A program made the position numbers and the translations under genes. The notes under the pieces are model-generated. The model was not told where the DNA came from and made no database searches. It was given only the letters and a program-made list of their open reading frames with translations. From sequence record NC_023688.1: 64,000 nucleotides of DNA. The stretch is one strand, 5' to 3'. Shown here in pieces: positions 11,351 to 22,181 of the stretch (position 1 is the stretch's first letter; every line of letters starts with the position of its first letter).

Positions 11351-14300
11351 TTACTTACAGGCTCTGGACAAGAATTTCTCCAAGTCTTTTCCTTTAAGTT
11401 TCTTACACATAGAATATCTATTGTATTCTGTTGACTTCGATGGAATATACACAGAAACATATGAGTCTTCGCCATACTCAAGTTCTACGCCGTTAGCCGG
11501 AACGAACTCTTTCGGGTCAACATACTCAAGAATTCCGTTCTTGCGCATCGGGATCATACCGTCATAGAAAGTATAAATCGCATAATCGCTAGTCTTGGCC
11601 ATCTTGGCTTCGGTCAGCATTTCACTGAACTTCATTGTTTTGCTTTCGTTCATGCTTCCCTTCATTTTGATTTGATGCTCTTTGTATTTGCTGAAAGTGT
11701 TCAGCTCAACTTCATAGCATTTCAAGATCTTGACTTGCTTCTTCGGATCAAACACGGCCCATTCTGGTGAACGAACTGCATGATGATCGGTTGGATTCGG
11801 ACAACCAGCAGAACGATAATCTTTTCTGCGCTCACCAAGAATGGTTTCCATTTCGAACACATAACCACGAGTCCCAGCATGACGACCATAACCATCGTTA
11901 CTCACGTATTGCAAAATCTTATCGATTTTGTTACTAAAGTAAAGACCATCGCCAAGCATACGACCAACAACCGATTTATCCTTACTCGGGATGATCTTGA
12001 AACCATAGCGAAGAACCATGTTAGCAGCGATACCACCAGTACCGTGGAAAGCTGGCACAATTTGTTCCAGTTTGCCAATAGATTCTTGAGCTTTCAAGAA
12101 CTCGTTATATTCTGGATAAGACAAGTTAACAGTGAAAGACTTGTGAATCAATGGGTAAGTGTTACCGTGTTTGCCTGCATAGTAGGTATCAACCAGATGC
12201 TTACCAATCAAATATTTCTGTTCGTCGCTGATATTGTCATCGCTAACAGCACAAGGCGGAACAACTGTGCTTGAATCAGCAGCAGATTCAACACGACGAA
12301 TATAATCACTAAAGTTTTCGCCTTTCTTAGCGCGAATCTTAGCAGCTTTTACCAGTTCGTCTGGGTCAATCTCGTTAAACTCGAACATCTTCTTAACGCG
12401 ACGCATATCAGGGGTATCAAACATGTTGATCGGACCACCAGATACTTGGTTATAGATGAACTTAACACCAGTCAAAGTATTGCGAACTTTGGTCTTGTAA
12501 TAAGTTTCCAGTTCTTCAAAGAATGCGTTAGCAACCACTTCATCTTCTTTCATACCATTATAAATGATATCAACCAGAGTTTGTTGTGCTTTCGCTTTAT
12601 CATCACGACGTCTAATACCGGTCAGATTTTCTTTGTTCATGAACTTAAATCCGAATTCGACCTCAAGAGCCATAAACTTAGCTGATGATTTTTCATCGAA
12701 ATCAATCTTGTTGATGAAGTCATATGTAAAGTCACCAACATACTGTGCGTCCATGTCATCGCCAAAGTGCTCATATGCTGCAAGCAACATCGGAACACGA
12801 ACGTGTGGTTCACATTGACCAATACGAGACACAAAGCGTCTAACGCCATCTTTTGTTTTGATGTTATTAAGCAAGAAATTAACACGCTCTTCTACCTGAG
12901 TTTCTGTTGTAGCAGAGTCAAGATAGGTCGGCATCAGTTGCATAGCGTAATGCACTTCGGCAGGATTATCAATCTTCTGCAAAATCATTTCTTGAATTTC
13001 TTTGGTCACTTCTGGGAACTTAGTCATTGACAGTTTCAGCGCCTCAAGCGGCGGATAATTCACGCTGTTCAGTTTTGTATAACGAACAACTGCCTTGGCC
13101 AATTGAGCAACTGCAATAGACGGCATGAAACGCAATGGAATATGCGTCATTTCATTTGGTTTTGCGCCTGCGGTCATCTTGTATTCATAAACGAATTCGG
13201 TATCATCAAGATACATTTTCTTGAGCCAATATTCGGAAATGAAATCAAAGTTAGCACCGGTAATATAATCGCGAGTCAGATAAACAACCATATTGCGGAA
13301 CTTGTTAATCGGCTCGGTACCCTTGCCCCATGTCGGCAGACCCGGGATTGTTGGGTAAATCTTGGCAATCTCTTCGTTACAGACTTTAACCAATGTGGCT
13401 TGTGCCTTGGTATTGGTGAAAATATCAAACTCAGAACCAAACAGTGGGTTCTGTTTCATGTCCGTGCCTTGATGTCCCATAAGCACAGTTGAAACTGTGA
13501 TGAAACTAACAGCAAATTGATCAACGATAGCGATTCTACGTTCATCTGGTGCGTTCTCAAGACGAATGGCAAGAGTGATAATCATGTCTTGTGTCATGCC
13601 ATAACTATGAGCTTCAACTTTGCTGCCGAGTTTGTCGTTGAACAGTTCACGAAGAATATCATCAGCACTAAAGCCAAACAGCCAAGATTTATTATCAACT
13701 TTGCTACCGGCAATCCCATAGATCACGGTAAACATTTCGATTGTACCGTTAAATGGATCTGCGATGCCATACAATCCGTATTTCTTGTAAAGATTTTCAA
13801 ATTCAGCGCGATTCTTAATGAAGAACGTTTCATCGTTCAGATGATAGGTACCGACATCAGACTGAATATTATCAATTGAAGACGAATGCAACTTAAACTG
13901 ACGGCAGTACGACGCGAGTTTGTTTGTCACTTCGGCAAACTGAGTTGTATATCGATCATAGATCTCTTTCTGTGCGGGATCATCAAGATCAAATTCAAAA
14001 GCAGTTGGGCTAAAGTCATCTCCCATGATGTATTCATTCGGATCAAAATCATTCATACCAGAAATACCTTGACCTTTCTGATTGATGTGTTGTTCTACGA
14101 TTGAAATAACAGCATCAGCAAATCCAGCATCGTGATTATAGGTCAGATACGCGGGTTTGACTGGTTCAGGCGCAACAACGGGAACCGGTTCAGGTGCGTC
14201 TGTGGCATCTTCTACGCTATCGACAGTATCAACGCTAGTGTCAACTTGAGAAATCGCAGCATCAGCGTCCTGAGCGTTACCAGCAGCAGTGCCAGTGGTC

Positions 14301-14911
14301 ATGGTATCCATGTTCTTGAAACGAATACGCTTGCTAACGTCCCAATATTCCATGCTGATTTCTTCGTGTTTGGTGCGTTGACGACGCATTTCTTTAGAAG
14401 CATCAATCATACTGATTGCGCCGTTCTTGAATTTCAGTAGAACGTCACGCAGTTTTGGATCTGCTTTCAACAAAGCGGTATTCTTGATATTAGCAACCCA
14501 AGCGCGAACAATATCATCATCGATAGTGTTAATAACACCGGACTTACACAGTACCAGAAAACGAGTCATTTCGTTTACTTTAGCTGTACTGATAAACATT
14601 TGCTTGTCATTCATCAGTTTGATGATCAGCGAAATGTTGTGGTTCTTGTCCTCGATATTACCAAGACGAAGTTGACCGTCGGTTTTGAAATAACGCTGAA
14701 TGAATTTCAGAGTGGTTTGATCGTTCAGTTGACGAGCAGCGTTAAAGCTCCCGAGAATACCCAAGAAGTTGAATGTAAAGGCATTGATGATAGCAGTTTC
14801 ATCATTGATGAATGCCAATTTAGTGTCTTTATCATACAAGGTATTTTCAGTCAAGAAGCGATCATAACCTTGTTCTTCTTGACGTTCGAATAATTGTTTA
14901 GTTGTTAACAT
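11351..14911 (-). CDS. Large protein with C-terminal PARP-like (H-Y-E clade) ADP-ribosyltransferase domain
   Basis: FHGTG...F...GRMLGDGLYFS..IDKILQY...SPEWAV aligns by eye with PARP WHGSR...GIYFA..SKSANY...NEYIV. Late-type CTAAATA promoter at 14941-14947. Confidence 0.8.
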   Translation of the reverse strand: MLTTKQLFERQEEQGYDRFLTENTLYDKDTKLAFINDETAIINAFTFNFLGILGSFNAARQLNDQTTLKFIQRYFKTDGQLRLGNIEDKNHNISLIIKLMNDKQMFISTAKVNEMTRFLVLCKSGVINTIDDDIVRAWVANIKNTALLKADPKLRDVLLKFKNGAISMIDASKEMRRQRTKHEEISMEYWDVSKRIRFKNMDTMTTGTAAGNAQDADAAISQVDTSVDTVDSVEDATDAPEPVPVVAPEPVKPAYLTYNHDAGFADAVISIVEQHINQKGQGISGMNDFDPNEYIMGDDFSPTAFEFDLDDPAQKEIYDRYTTQFAEVTNKLASYCRQFKLHSSSIDNIQSDVGTYHLNDETFFIKNRAEFENLYKKYGLYGIADPFNGTIEMFTVIYGIAGSKVDNKSWLFGFSADDILRELFNDKLGSKVEAHSYGMTQDMIITLAIRLENAPDERRIAIVDQFAVSFITVSTVLMGHQGTDMKQNPLFGSEFDIFTNTKAQATLVKVCNEEIAKIYPTIPGLPTWGKGTEPINKFRNMVVYLTRDYITGANFDFISEYWLKKMYLDDTEFVYEYKMTAGAKPNEMTHIPLRFMPSIAVAQLAKAVVRYTKLNSVNYPPLEALKLSMTKFPEVTKEIQEMILQKIDNPAEVHYAMQLMPTYLDSATTETQVEERVNFLLNNIKTKDGVRRFVSRIGQCEPHVRVPMLLAAYEHFGDDMDAQYVGDFTYDFINKIDFDEKSSAKFMALEVEFGFKFMNKENLTGIRRRDDKAKAQQTLVDIIYNGMKEDEVVANAFFEELETYYKTKVRNTLTGVKFIYNQVSGGPINMFDTPDMRRVKKMFEFNEIDPDELVKAAKIRAKKGENFSDYIRRVESAADSSTVVPPCAVSDDNISDEQKYLIGKHLVDTYYAGKHGNTYPLIHKSFTVNLSYPEYNEFLKAQESIGKLEQIVPAFHGTGGIAANMVLRYGFKIIPSKDKSVVGRMLGDGLYFSNKIDKILQYVSNDGYGRHAGTRGYVFEMETILGERRKDYRSAGCPNPTDHHAVRSPEWAVFDPKKQVKILKCYEVELNTFSKYKEHQIKMKGSMNESKTMKFSEMLTEAKMAKTSDYAIYTFYDGMIPMRKNGILEYVDPKEFVPANGVELEYGEDSYVSVYIPSKSTEYNRYSMCKKLKGKDLEKFLSRACK

Positions 14912-14987
14912 TTTGTCCCTCTTAATGAACTGATTTATTATATTTAGTGCGTTCGCACTGCGGCGTAAGCCGCTAAACTAACGAGAA

Positions 14988-15040
14988 GAAGAGAAGATAA
15001 AGTTCCTTATATACCTTTAATGAAGATCTATCTTCTCTTC
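14988..15040. repeat. 53-bp palindromic element, copy 1
   Basis: GAAGAGAAGATA-29 nt-TATCTTCTCTTC, identical to 44126-44178. Confidence 0.9.
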
Positions 15041-15062
15041 TTTAATGATATCAACGAGTTAG

Positions 15063-16019
15063 CTACGCAGTCGCTGGCGCGACTTTCTTGGTTTGTTCAT
15101 TATTTATGCTATTTACAACGTTTTTGCTGAATTTTTCGACAATACTATCGATCAGATCTTGACGCTTGATATTGTCAATCAACCACGAATCAAACTCTTG
15201 ACTGTTACCGCTAATCGAGCTATAAGCACCGATCATAGATCCATAAATGCTCGCAACGGTATCGCTATCTAGTCCCATATTCGCGATGCAGTAGATCCCA
15301 TATTCTTTGTGTTCGAACATCAAGAACGTGCGCCACGCGATTGTCAACGAGTCTTTGACATAGCCAGTAGGCAGACATTCGTTTTGATCAAAGAAGTGTC
15401 CAAACTCGTTTTCGAGTTGTTCCTTTTTGACGCCAGCTAGAATACGATGCATGATCTTCACATACAGTAAAGAATATTCAACGCAAATTTCTACCGGGTG
15501 TGTGAACTCAGTCATTTCTCGGACAATGCGTTCCACGCTGGCTGGATCGCGACCAAACGTTGCCAATGCAACTGGGTACATACGCATAAGCGCACCATTA
15601 CCAGCGCCTTTGGCAGCGTCACAGATGGGTTTACCGTACAGTGCGTTAAATGTAGATGCGCCGATGTCAAAGCATTCCATATTGGATGCGAATGAACCAT
15701 GCTCTACCCAAGCTCGCATTTGTCGCATGATTTGCGGAATATCAAACTCGCCGTTTTTGAAGCAATTCATAGTGATCAACGCGCAAGTGGTATCATCGGT
15801 AAAATAACCGTAGTCATGACCCCAGACATCCCTTTTAGTCTGCAACAGCTCAAGAGTCACTTTTCTGAGTTTCTTTTTTCCTTTAGTGCCAAAATTGAAT
15901 TCGTTGAATGATCCGACACAATCCCCAATGATTGCCGCTTGTGTAGTCATTCGAATTTGTTCTGCAAAGTAATTCACGTAATCTCCAAAATAAAAGGGTC
16001 TATCAATCGATAGACTCAT
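15063..16019 (-). CDS. ADP-ribosylglycohydrolase (ARH/DraG family)
   Basis: IIGDCVGSFNEF, FTDDT, GAGNGALMR, THP and DSDTVASIYGSMIGA motifs. Start uncertain (16019, or 16109 in the track). Confidence 0.88.
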   Translation of the reverse strand: MSLSIDRPFYFGDYVNYFAEQIRMTTQAAIIGDCVGSFNEFNFGTKGKKKLRKVTLELLQTKRDVWGHDYGYFTDDTTCALITMNCFKNGEFDIPQIMRQMRAWVEHGSFASNMECFDIGASTFNALYGKPICDAAKGAGNGALMRMYPVALATFGRDPASVERIVREMTEFTHPVEICVEYSLLYVKIMHRILAGVKKEQLENEFGHFFDQNECLPTGYVKDSLTIAWRTFLMFEHKEYGIYCIANMGLDSDTVASIYGSMIGAYSSISGNSQEFDSWLIDNIKRQDLIDSIVEKFSKNVVNSINNEQTKKVAPATA

Positions 16020-16044
16020 ATTGTACTTCAACTTTCTATGTAAA

Positions 16045-19000
16045 TCAACGACGATGTGGAATAATTGATTCCAGATAGTTATTGACGTAAACAACATCAC
16101 CGGCAACACGTTGCAAATTGCAATCTTCTTGCTCGGACTTGACAGAGTGAAACATTACTTGATCTTTTTCGTTTCCCGGTCGAGCGATTTTGAGCAGAAT
16201 GAATTCCTGAGTCATAGGATCGATAATCGGTTCGCCACCCATTTTCAGAACTTCCAGCTTGGAACCACCGTGACGATACAGATCGATAACATCACCCTCG
16301 GAAATTGCACGACCGGAAATAAGACCCGGATTCATTACTTTGCGTACTTTGTGAGCGTAGAAACCACCACGCTTGACCCAACCAAGTGTGCTAACATCGA
16401 TGCTTTCGTTTGTGATGCCAAAGCTAACTTTGTTAACTCGGGTAATCAGCGCGTTGCCGTTCACGATACGCATAGAAACACGTTCGTCGCCCGCTTCCAT
16501 GTTGTATACTGGCTCAACGTTATTACCAGTGCGCTCGATGTTCAACAGAACATAAGAACGATTTTGAATCTCGATTGTATCACCCGGTTGACCATCAATC
16601 AGACGAACATAGTTAATTTCGATTTGCGGCAGTGCAACTTGGTGTTTCAGATAATAAGCCATGATATTTCCTTAGTGTGTGATTTCGTTAATACGAGTTT
16701 CGTAAACTTTGATTTTACTGCGGAACAGATCGATGTTCTCGGCGTGTTCCATGATAACAGCTTGTGACAGTGCGCGTTGTGCGAATGCATGAGATTCGAT
16801 CAAAACATCTTTCTCGGATGCGAATCTACGTTTGGCGCGTTTTGCTTTCAGTTCAGCGGTAGTCATCATGATTTGTTCCTCAGTTTGTTTCGATGTAGCT
16901 ATCTTAACAGAACTGAATTTGATGTCAAGCGACTTTAGGAATTATTCTCACATAAATCTGAAAATATCCTTTCGCGTGACGTTCGCGATTGAAACTTTCT
17001 ACAAAATCTTCGCTGTTGGCACAGCTCAACTCTGGACAAAGCTTGTCAAACAACCAATAAGTGTCGCTCTTGAAATTCGCGAACTCCTGTGATTCTGCTA
17101 TCTTTTTGGATTTGGGATAGTAGTTGTTCAGAACGTTAAGCAGATACAACAATCGATTATGTAATACTGGGTGTTCAATGTAGTGTCTCGTTTCATATGC
17201 TTTCATCTTATCTCCAAAAAGGGCCCGAAGGCCCTTAATCGTGATTACAACAGTTCATCGATTGGTTCATCGATATAACCGATACCGTGTGCTTCCAATG
17301 CGCCGAGATCGTTCTTACGAATCAGAATGGTTTTGTTCTTGTCATCGCTAAGAACAACAGCGTCCTCTGTGATCAGAAGAACTTTGCAGTTTCCATTTCG
17401 ACTGGTAACTCCATCACCAATAGCAAGAGTCGGACCAACACCAATTCGATATGCGTCTTTTACGCAGAACAAACCACTGCTATTTGGCTTGCGGCTCATT
17501 CCAAGCGATTTGACGTTATGACGGCTGATTTTGTAAACACCATTGGTAAGATCAAACCGAATCACTTCGACGTCATAAGCGCCGTACAAACGGAACTGCA
17601 TTTCCATTTTACCGTCTTCGGAAACAGTTCGATAGATAGTGGAATAAGCATCACTACCAGAACCGATACCAAAACGAGCGAACGGTTTAAACATAATACC
17701 GTTAGTTTCGTCTTTGTACGGCTTTTCCATTTTGTTGATCTCTACCAGTTCGGTAGGAACGTCTTTGATGTTCGAAATACGATAAAACATTTCTTATCCT
17801 TTTGTTTTGTAGTAACCAGATTTGACTCGTTCACGATAAGCTCGACGTTGCTCCAGAGTCAAATCATCTTTCATCAGTGTTACCAGCTTATATGGTTTCG
17901 GCATTTCTGTCAACTTCAAATACCGATTTTCTTCTGGCGCCCCCGGACGTTTCTCAGATTCATAGAGGTAAGCTTTACCAAGAATCTCACAACCTTCCGA
18001 ATGAAGCTCTTTTGAATAAAGAAACTCAATCGGAGGAGAACACAATCCAGTGACATCGCGATCTTCTGCTTGATCTCGCAGTTTGTCAAACTCTTCTTTG
18101 CTTACTTCCACATAATCGTGTGTTACTTCTCCGATGTCGCAATATTCGTCGTGATCTCGAATTCGTTCTATTCTCATTAGCTATTCACCCAGCAAGAGGA
18201 GTTATCGGTAATAAAAACTTTGGTTTTATAAAACCATTTGATTGCCATATCTTTAGATTTGAATCGTTTCAGATAACTGGTGTTATCGGTTCCCTTGAAA
18301 TACAGAACGGTATTGTGCCCGCTGTCAATGAATTTTTGCTCTTTTTCTTCTTCCTCAGAAACAGGCCATTTTGAACGTTCGTTGAGCAAATGACAAGCGG
18401 CGAAGGTCCGTTCGCCAACTTTCATGCCCCAATAATCGTCTTTCTGAATTTCTATGAATCCCAAAAACGTATAGCCTGTTATTCCACTCGACATATAGTT
18501 AATGAGATTCATTTTTGGATCATCAAGGCGCTTATGAATCATGCTTTGAAACCGTAGTATTTGAAATCGACGTACTTGCCGATATAGTTACCAGTCAATT
18601 CTTGATAGATAACGGTTTGTGTTTCTCGATGTTGCAACATCGGACTCGCCTTAGTTACATCAATTGAAACTACATCAATGTTATCAAAACACGGAGGAGT
18701 TTTACCGTCTTTCGACTTGACTTCACGATCTTTCCAGATCTCGGTAACAGTCGGACGAGTTACTCCTTTAATCTTACGAATTACTTGAATCGTGAAAATA
18801 ACATCGATTTCGTGAACAACTTCAATTCGTTTCAGATAAGAACGAAGTTGCTCCAAACGAGCTTCTGTGCCATTGAAATCAGCATAACCGGAGAAGTCCA
18901 GTACCATTACATCGATTTTACGCTGACTGCCAAGCTCTACCGCAGCTTTGTGAACTGCATCCTGTATAGATGTCATAGTAGATCCGTCAACCTCACCAAC

Positions 19001-21723
19001 AGCGATCTCGCCAGTGCCAAAGTCAGTTTCGATATCAGCCATTTTCTCAATCAGGCTTTCTTGAGTTTCTTCGTTGTTCAGAAAAACAACATGACGTCCT
19101 TTCTTTGCTTCTTCGATTGCGATTTCAATTGCTTTGGTAGTTTTACCGCCATTAGCACTTGCTTTGATTACTTTAATCATTTACTTCCTCGTGATATTCT
19201 TCTAACCAGTAGTTGTCTGAGTCTTTGTTTCGACGTTTCAAATCCGCTTGAATACAGTCGATAACGTCTTGATGATTTCGCATTTTGTCGGCATGTGGCT
19301 CGACTGCGGAATCTATAGTGAATTTTATCTCACCGATTTGAACAATGCAACTCATAAAATCGCGACGTTTTACCCAAACGGTGACATCGTACTTCTTGAG
19401 TTTCGGTTTGCGCTTGAAGTAGTTAAGTAGATTCATGAGCAAAAAGCGGGAATTACTTCCCGCTCTCCAGTGCTTTTACTCGAACCGCCAGTTTATCGGC
19501 AAGACGACGAGTGTTTGCGAGTTCGATTACCAGAATCGCGCCGATCATCAAGCCACTGATTCTAAACTCGCCGGTATTTGAAAATACCAGATACGTTGCC
19601 AGCAGTTCCAACGCGATGAACAAAGAACAGGTCAACATGACAATCCCGTACCAAACGTTATCCATGCTGAAATTCCATTTGCCATCTACTTTCATTCGTG
19701 TGTCAATCATTTATTTTCCTTAGCTCATTACTAATATGAATGGACAGTTTACACAAACAGCGTACCAAAGCGCGCCACTTGCTGCCACTGGGATAAGAGT
19801 ACCGATATCAATCTTGCCGCTCAATGCTAGTTGAGCGTATGCACCAAACGCGGTAGCGAAAGATACAACAACAGCAATGACAACAAGAACAATCCAACCG
19901 AATAGAATCATACGGTAAGATCTCGATGAATCTGAGATAATGCAGTCAGTTCGTTGTCATCTTTGCATTCAAACGCAGCATCTTCAATCAGTCGCATGAT
20001 GATATCATGATGTTTAATCATGTTCATCATAACGCGACGCGCATTTTTAAAATCATTGTCGCTCATTGACTTGGGTTTACCTTGAATCCGAAGTCCATTG
20101 CGAGCATTTTCTGGTAACATTTCATTAAGAAACATATTTTACTCCTAACTTTTCAGCGATAGTTTTCAGTCGTTCTTCTCGATCAAGACGAGTCTCAATC
20201 ACCATTCGAGTATAGAACGAGTTGGCAGCAATTTCAACTAATTTCTTCGTTGCTTCTTCAACATCAGATTTCAACACCGCTTGAGAAACGGAAGTTGTTA
20301 CCATTCCGTTGACGATGTTAACATTCTTCATGTTTTCTGACGGGATACGAACCGGACTATTTTGTGCGCTGGTACCGCGAGAATCAGCAGTAACTCGAAT
20401 GTGTACCCAATCACAGTTACTTTCGTTCGGTACGTCAACGTCAATCAGCACGGTATCATCCGTTTGTAGAGACGAGAGAAATGCTAACGGTACTCGACCC
20501 AGATAACGCCCGTCAAACTTACCATCAAGATCGAAGAAGCAAACGTGGTAAACCGATTGACCTTCTACTACTTGAGAGATCGCGTAAACGTTCTTTGGAT
20601 TGCCTGACCCCGTGATAATATCACGATAACGGAACGTGACACCGTGTTCTTTCAGCATTTCGGCAATGCTATCGGTTGCTTTAGTGTTCATTTTGTTTCT
20701 CCAATTGTTCAATAAGTCCATTATATAGTGATTTGGCTTCGAGTTCAACAAAATCAGGCAAATCGAGTAAATCGAAACATAGACAACGACCGTAATCCCA
20801 ACCGAGATTATAAGCGATTGACTGCCATTTTGCTTTACTACCGAACGGTCGTTTTTCGTTTTTCAGAAACTCGATCATAGTAACAGGAACAAAGCTTTCA
20901 TCTTGATCGGAGAAATCCGAATAATACCCTTTCAGAATCATCATGAGTCGGTCTAGTTCGAATGCTCTGGGCATACGACGATTCATGATCTGTGACCAAT
21001 AAGTCACACGAAGAAGGCCAACGGCCTTCTTGTACTCTTGATCCATTTGTTTAACGAGTTTTTGATTTTTCATCATTCCGCCTTCATATCAGTTTCGTAT
21101 TTCTCGATCATCTGCATGGTGATCCACTCAGGCTTGGTTTCAAAGCTTTCGAACAGTGCTTTCATGCTTTCGATTTGTTCATCAACACTACCAGCCCACA
21201 GACGAGATTCAGAACGATTGCCGTATCCCAGAAAGAACTCACAATCGGATTTCATACGACTCAGCAGCATGTATTTGAATTCGTGGTCTGCCGGGCGAGT
21301 TGCGATAACTTCTTGAATATAGGTCATGATGTTTTCCTCAGAGTGTTTCGTTTCGATGTAGCTATATTCTCATATCACGATATCAACGTCAAGCACTAAA
21401 AACAAAAAAGCCACCCGAAGGTGGCTTAAATTTATCTTAACTGATCACTCACTATCCCAAGAACGTTTTACGTTACGTCCATCACGACGAGGGTGAGATT
21501 TGTCTTTTACCGGTTTTTCGATGTGTTCACGTTCGTCCATGATAGACTTGATCAGATCGTAATACTCGGCCAGATTGTGAGCGCGTTCCATATCCGCATC
21601 AGAACAGTCTTGATTGTCTGCATGATATTGTGCAGCAGCGCGAGACTTCAACACGGTTTTACGCAGTGCATTCAGACGTTCGGTGGTCAGATTGCGGAGT
21701 TTTTTCTCAGTCAGAAATTCCAT
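16045..21723 (-). other. Cluster of small hypothetical ORFs
   Basis: Dense minus-strand ORFs of 63-213 aa with Shine-Dalgarno sites; no family recognised apart from the P-loop protein. Confidence 0.65.
18539..19180 (-). CDS. P-loop NTPase-like protein (RecA/DnaB-like fold, tentative)
   Basis: ASANGGKTT Walker A-like motif, VVFLNNEE strand and VMVLDF Walker B-like motif. Confidence 0.5.
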   Translation of the reverse strand: MIKVIKASANGGKTTKAIEIAIEEAKKGRHVVFLNNEETQESLIEKMADIETDFGTGEIAVGEVDGSTMTSIQDAVHKAAVELGSQRKIDVMVLDFSGYADFNGTEARLEQLRSYLKRIEVVHEIDVIFTIQVIRKIKGVTRPTVTEIWKDREVKSKDGKTPPCFDNIDVVSIDVTKASPMLQHRETQTVIYQELTGNYIGKYVDFKYYGFKA

Positions 21724-21773
21724 CTTTGTTTCCTACAGGTGGTTTTTAATACACTATCACGAATGACAGATTT

Positions 21774-21893
21774 TGGCGGGGAAGACGGGACTCGAACCCG
21801 CGACCAATAGTTTAATTTGCGTTGGCTTGCTGTAAAGAATCTTCTCAGATTCCGCTTTTTGCGTCTACTGCTCTACCACTGAGCTACTTCCCC
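21774..21893 (-). ncRNA. tRNA-like RNA 1: acceptor, D and T arms, CCA end; anticodon arm replaced by hairpin + UUUACAGCAA module
   Basis: GGGGAAG/CTTCCCC-G-CCA; GCTC AGTGGTA GAGC; GCGGG TTCGAGT CCCGT; insert GAATCT-GAGA-AGATTC-TTTACAGCAA. Confidence 0.75.
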
Positions 21894-21901
21894 AAATTTT
21901 C

Positions 21902-22038
21902 ACAACACTATGCTGGCGGTGCCGGATTCGAACCGAGCGTTACAGGCTTAACAGGCGAGTATTTATTGCGGAAAACATTCTCGTCAGAATGAATTTTACA
22001 GTGTCCTACCACTAGACGAACCGCCAGCATAATGTTGT
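21902..22038 (-). ncRNA. tRNA-like RNA 2: 19-bp extended acceptor helix; anticodon arm replaced by hairpin + UUUUCCGCAA module
   Basis: ACAACATTATGCTGGCGGT/ACCGCCAGCATAGTGTTGT; Glu/Asp-type D arm GTCTAGTGGTAGGAC; TCGG TTCGAAT CCGG; insert CATTCT-GACG-AGAATG-TTTTCCGCAA. Confidence 0.72.
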
Positions 22039-22167
22039 TTGTTGTCGCGATGTTGGATTCGAACCAACGACGTTTCTCGATGTGCCCACACTATAACGGA
22101 TTCGAACCGTACTCGATACTTCTTTGCGATCAAAGGTGTTCTCCCACTGAACTAATCGCGACAACAA
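22039..22167 (-). ncRNA. tRNA-like RNA 3 with two T-loops
   Basis: 13-bp terminal helix TTGTTGTCGCGAT/ATCGCGACAACAA; D arm GTTC AGTGGGA GAAC; inner ACGG TTCGAAT CCGT and outer GTTGG TTCGAAT CCAAC. Confidence 0.7.
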
Positions 22168-22181
22168 AACTATCTTAACAC

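Noticed and set aside
21774-22038. Spliceable introns in tRNA-like RNAs 1 and 2
   Set aside because: No excision gives a canonical 7-nt anticodon loop with U33 and a 5-bp stem, so they were treated as mimics.
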